Part shown: one piece after another, positions 61,473 through 64,000 of the stretch
Layout of the letters: each line of letters opens with the position of its first letter
How positions within the stretch are numbered: the stretch's first letter is position 1
From: Mobula hypostoma
Taxonomy: Eukaryota
Direction: 5' to 3'
Length of the DNA: 64,000 bases
Assembly (NCBI RefSeq): GCF_963921235.1
Contig: NC_086097.1
Span: 169,386,001 to 169,450,000, forward strand
The notes under the pieces: model-generated
What the model saw: the letters and a program-made list of their open reading frames with translations, nothing else
Database searches by the model: none
What the model was told of the DNA's origin: nothing
Program-made: the position numbers and the translations under genes

Positions 61473-61747
61473 CTCATTTTGACCAGGGATACATTCTCTA
61501 TATGCTTGCAAAGGAAGTGCATCAAACGTTTGATCTTGCCCAGCGATATTCCTATCCACTATTCTAAGGTCTTGGAAATTATTAAATATCACTTTATTAG
61601 AAGACACATTTATCATATTATCATCTTCTTCTCCAGCTATATTCCTGTCAACTATTTCACTTTCCCAACGATTGGAGGCTGCAGATTGTCGAGGTGACAC
61701 ACCATTTCCATCTTCTTCATTCCCACTGCTACCATCTCCTCCATCAC
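61473..61747 (-). CDS. CEP192: CEP192 exon (GDGGDGSSGNEEDG...CIPGQNE)
   Basis: Acceptor gatgttttag|GT (phase 1), donor GAG|gtagga (phase 0); 275 bp open. Confidence 0.85.
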
Positions 61748-62686
61748 CTAAAACATCAGTGCACATTTTTAATGTATAATCACAAATTCATACTTTAAAA
61801 TTAGCTTAACTACATTTATCATTGTTTTCACCCATAACTAAAATTCAATGTAGTAACTATCACAGATAAAGGGAAATTACTTTTAACACTTGAAGATAAG
61901 GTGGTAAGCTGAAGGAAAAAATGCAATGGTAAGTAGTCACGCTCAAGATAGATTCATCCACAATATAGATGGCAGACAACTTACTTAAGTCATGATATTG
62001 GAGAAGGTAGCCAATAGCATTCACTCTAATCAAGATGTATTTAAATATAAGAGTGAATAGCAGCAAAATAAACTCTGACCACGGTCTCTATTAGGGAGGC
62101 AAATAGAACATGAATCTTTGAAGAGTGGTTCTCAAAAGGTGTTGAGCAAATAAAAACCTGTATTATTCTTGGTAGTAAATCAGATCAATCACAGTCAAGG
62201 AAGTGTAACAATCTCCATTTCCTCCATTCAAGCTGTGAAACCCAAGTGCAGTGAGAACAAATTGTAAGAGATACCAAGCCAATATACCTTGAACCCAAAA
62301 TAGTATTGAAACATGCTTTCCATTAAACAAGACAGACAAATGTCATCATATCTTGAACACCTAAAGTGCTACAATTTAAAGTTTGCTCCCCAGTTAAAAT
62401 GGAAATTGAAAATTTTCAATTATCTGCAATCTCAGGTTTTCAAATATAATTGACAATTAAATAAGCCAATTCCAAGACTGCAGTGTTGATCATGTCAAGT
62501 TTTTAACAGAAATCTCAAAAGAGAGACATCTGAAAAATCAGAAATCCATTTGATAATATTTATTTTAAAAATAAATGTTGGATAAACAAATTCAGAATAA
62601 TCTTTCAATTTTAGCTATACCCAATTATTCTATCAAAATTAAATTCAAAGAACATTGTTTGCTGGAATATTTAATTTTGTGCTTAC

Positions 62687-62885
62687 CTACAATTGGCGAG
62701 TTTATGACCCGACCCTCTACTGATCTTCTGAATTCAAATCCAACCTCACTTAGCTCATCAAGCGGTCCAATGGACTCATCAGAACTACCGCCTTCCAATC
62801 CTGGCCGGAAGATGGGTTGATTGCTCTCTCCTGGCTGAAATGGAAATTCATGCACAGCAGGTTCACAAGTTATTCCTAGACTTTT
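62687..62885 (-). CDS. CEP192: CEP192 exon (KSLGITCEPAVHEFPF...VINSPIV-G); acceptor position uncertain
   Basis: Donor GTAG|gtaagc at 62686 is phase 1, matching the next exon. The frame is open back to an in-frame TAG at 62886-62888 that could be the acceptor (ttgttcgttag|); other AGs are possible. Confidence 0.65.
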
Positions 62886-63090
62886 CTAACGAACAATGTT
62901 GGAGATTCAGGAATTATAGAATGATGTGAACTATAACAAGCATTAGTTCAAACAAGAACAAGTCTTCAGTTCAAATGTAAATTGCAAGCAGTAAACAATT
63001 TGAAGTTGAAAAGACAGCTTTGTAAACAAACCGCACTGCCTACAGAACATAGGCTACTGGCCTTCAGAACATAGGTTACTGGCCCACAGA

Positions 63091-64000
63091 AAAGTTCAAA
63101 GTAAAATTATCAAAAGTAGGTATACATCATCACATACTACCCTAAGATTCATTTTCTTGCAGGCATTCACAGAAAGAATATAACAGAATCGATAAAAAGC
63201 AATCAACGTGCAAGAGACAAACTGCAAATACAAAGAAAGACAAATAAAAATAATAAATAACTCATGAGTTGTAGAATCCTTGAAAGTGAGTCTTCAAAGT
63301 AGAATCAATTCAGTGACGAGTGAAGTTATCTACGCTGGCTCAAGAGCCTGATGGTTGAAAGGCAATAATTATTCCTGAACCTGCTGGTGTGGGAACCAAG
63401 GATCTTGTACTTCTGTGGTGACAACAATAAGAGACCATGACCTGGATGGTGGTGGTCCTTGATGATGGATGCTGCTTTCTTGTAGCAGCACTCCTTGTAG
63501 ATGTGCTCAATGTGCTTCCTGTGATGGACTGGGCTGTAGCCACTATATTTTGTAGGCTTTTCCATTCTTGGGCATTTGTGTTTCCATCCCAGGCCATGAT
63601 GCCACCAATCAGTATACTCGCCACTGTGCCTCCGTAGAAGTTTTCAAGATTTTCGGTGACATGCCAAATCTGCGTAAACTTCTAAGAAAATAGAAGCACT
63701 GCCATATCTTCTTTGTGATGGCACTTACACAGGGCAGATCCTCTGAAATGAAAACTTCAAGGAATTCAGAGTTACTGACCCTCTCCACCTCTAATACCCT
63801 AACAAGAACTGGCTCATGGACTTCCGGTTTCTTTCTCCTGTGGTCAATAATCAGCTCTCTGGTTTTGCTGACGTTGAGTGAAAGATCGTTGTGCCACCAT
63901 TCGACCAGATTTTCAATTTCCCTCCTATATGCTGATTCGTCACCACCTTTGATTCGGGCAACAACAGTGGTGTTGTCAGCAAACTTAAATATGGCACTGG
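63091..64000 (-). mobile_element. Rex1/Babar-like LINE 3' portion running off the window
   Basis: IFKFADNTTVV, KTRELIID, SILIGGIMAWDG, IIKDHHHPGH, RFRNN; tail ending ctttgaacttt. Confidence 0.82.

Larger units (their letters stand above)
1..62885 (-). other. CEP192: CEP192 gene, internal portion with 14 coding exons; 5' and 3' ends lie outside the window
   Basis: Hand-spliced exons form one open frame with matching phases. Peptides match remembered CEP192 motifs in the right order: WMTDLAYY, EEFEEEHKFIQ, LTLGEFFSERSEALGCLG, KRPSFGY, ISTIASAIADASVSADPAQLASMI, RPSTSPLIHSSP, SRLSYIS, ELSTTIIRASP, PLAQQYLG, VPEELRIPNSCCVGIASQT, FKNKTIIGPH. Confidence 0.95.

Noticed and set aside
62886..62930. 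Upstream acceptor ttgttatag| extending the first exon
   Set aside because: The coding-looking frame (SHHSIIPESPT...) hits TAG and is out of frame with the rest of the exon; unresolved without RNA data.

Overview
Vertebrate nuclear DNA, inferred from the repeat families to be a cartilaginous fish (possibly a ray). The whole window lies inside one minus-strand gene, CEP192 (centrosomal protein 192 kDa). I reconstructed 14 internal coding exons with canonical GT-AG sites and mutually consistent reading phases; the gene runs off both ends of the window. The introns are mostly transposable elements: CR1 LINEs, Rex1/Babar-like LINEs, two L1 elements, Penelope-like elements (PLEs), a probable HERO-clade fragment, Tc1 and hAT DNA transposons, and two non-autonomous Helitrons, several of them nested. 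Highlights: (1) both L1s are full-length yet 5'-inverted in twin-priming geometry; the younger has an 11-bp TSD, an intact ORF1 and an ORF2 that reassembles to 1258 aa after removing one homopolymer A; (2) many PLE termini carry minimal hammerhead ribozyme motifs, including a 186-bp ORF-less fold-back mini-element with a 15-bp TSD; (3) a four-level nest CR1 > hAT > Helitron > Penelope and a second nest Tc1 > Tc1 > CR1; (4) two CEP192 3' splice sites whose upstream signals are retroelement tails. No prokaryotic systems, CRISPR arrays, tRNA or rRNA genes were found. All homology calls come from motif recognition, not database searches.
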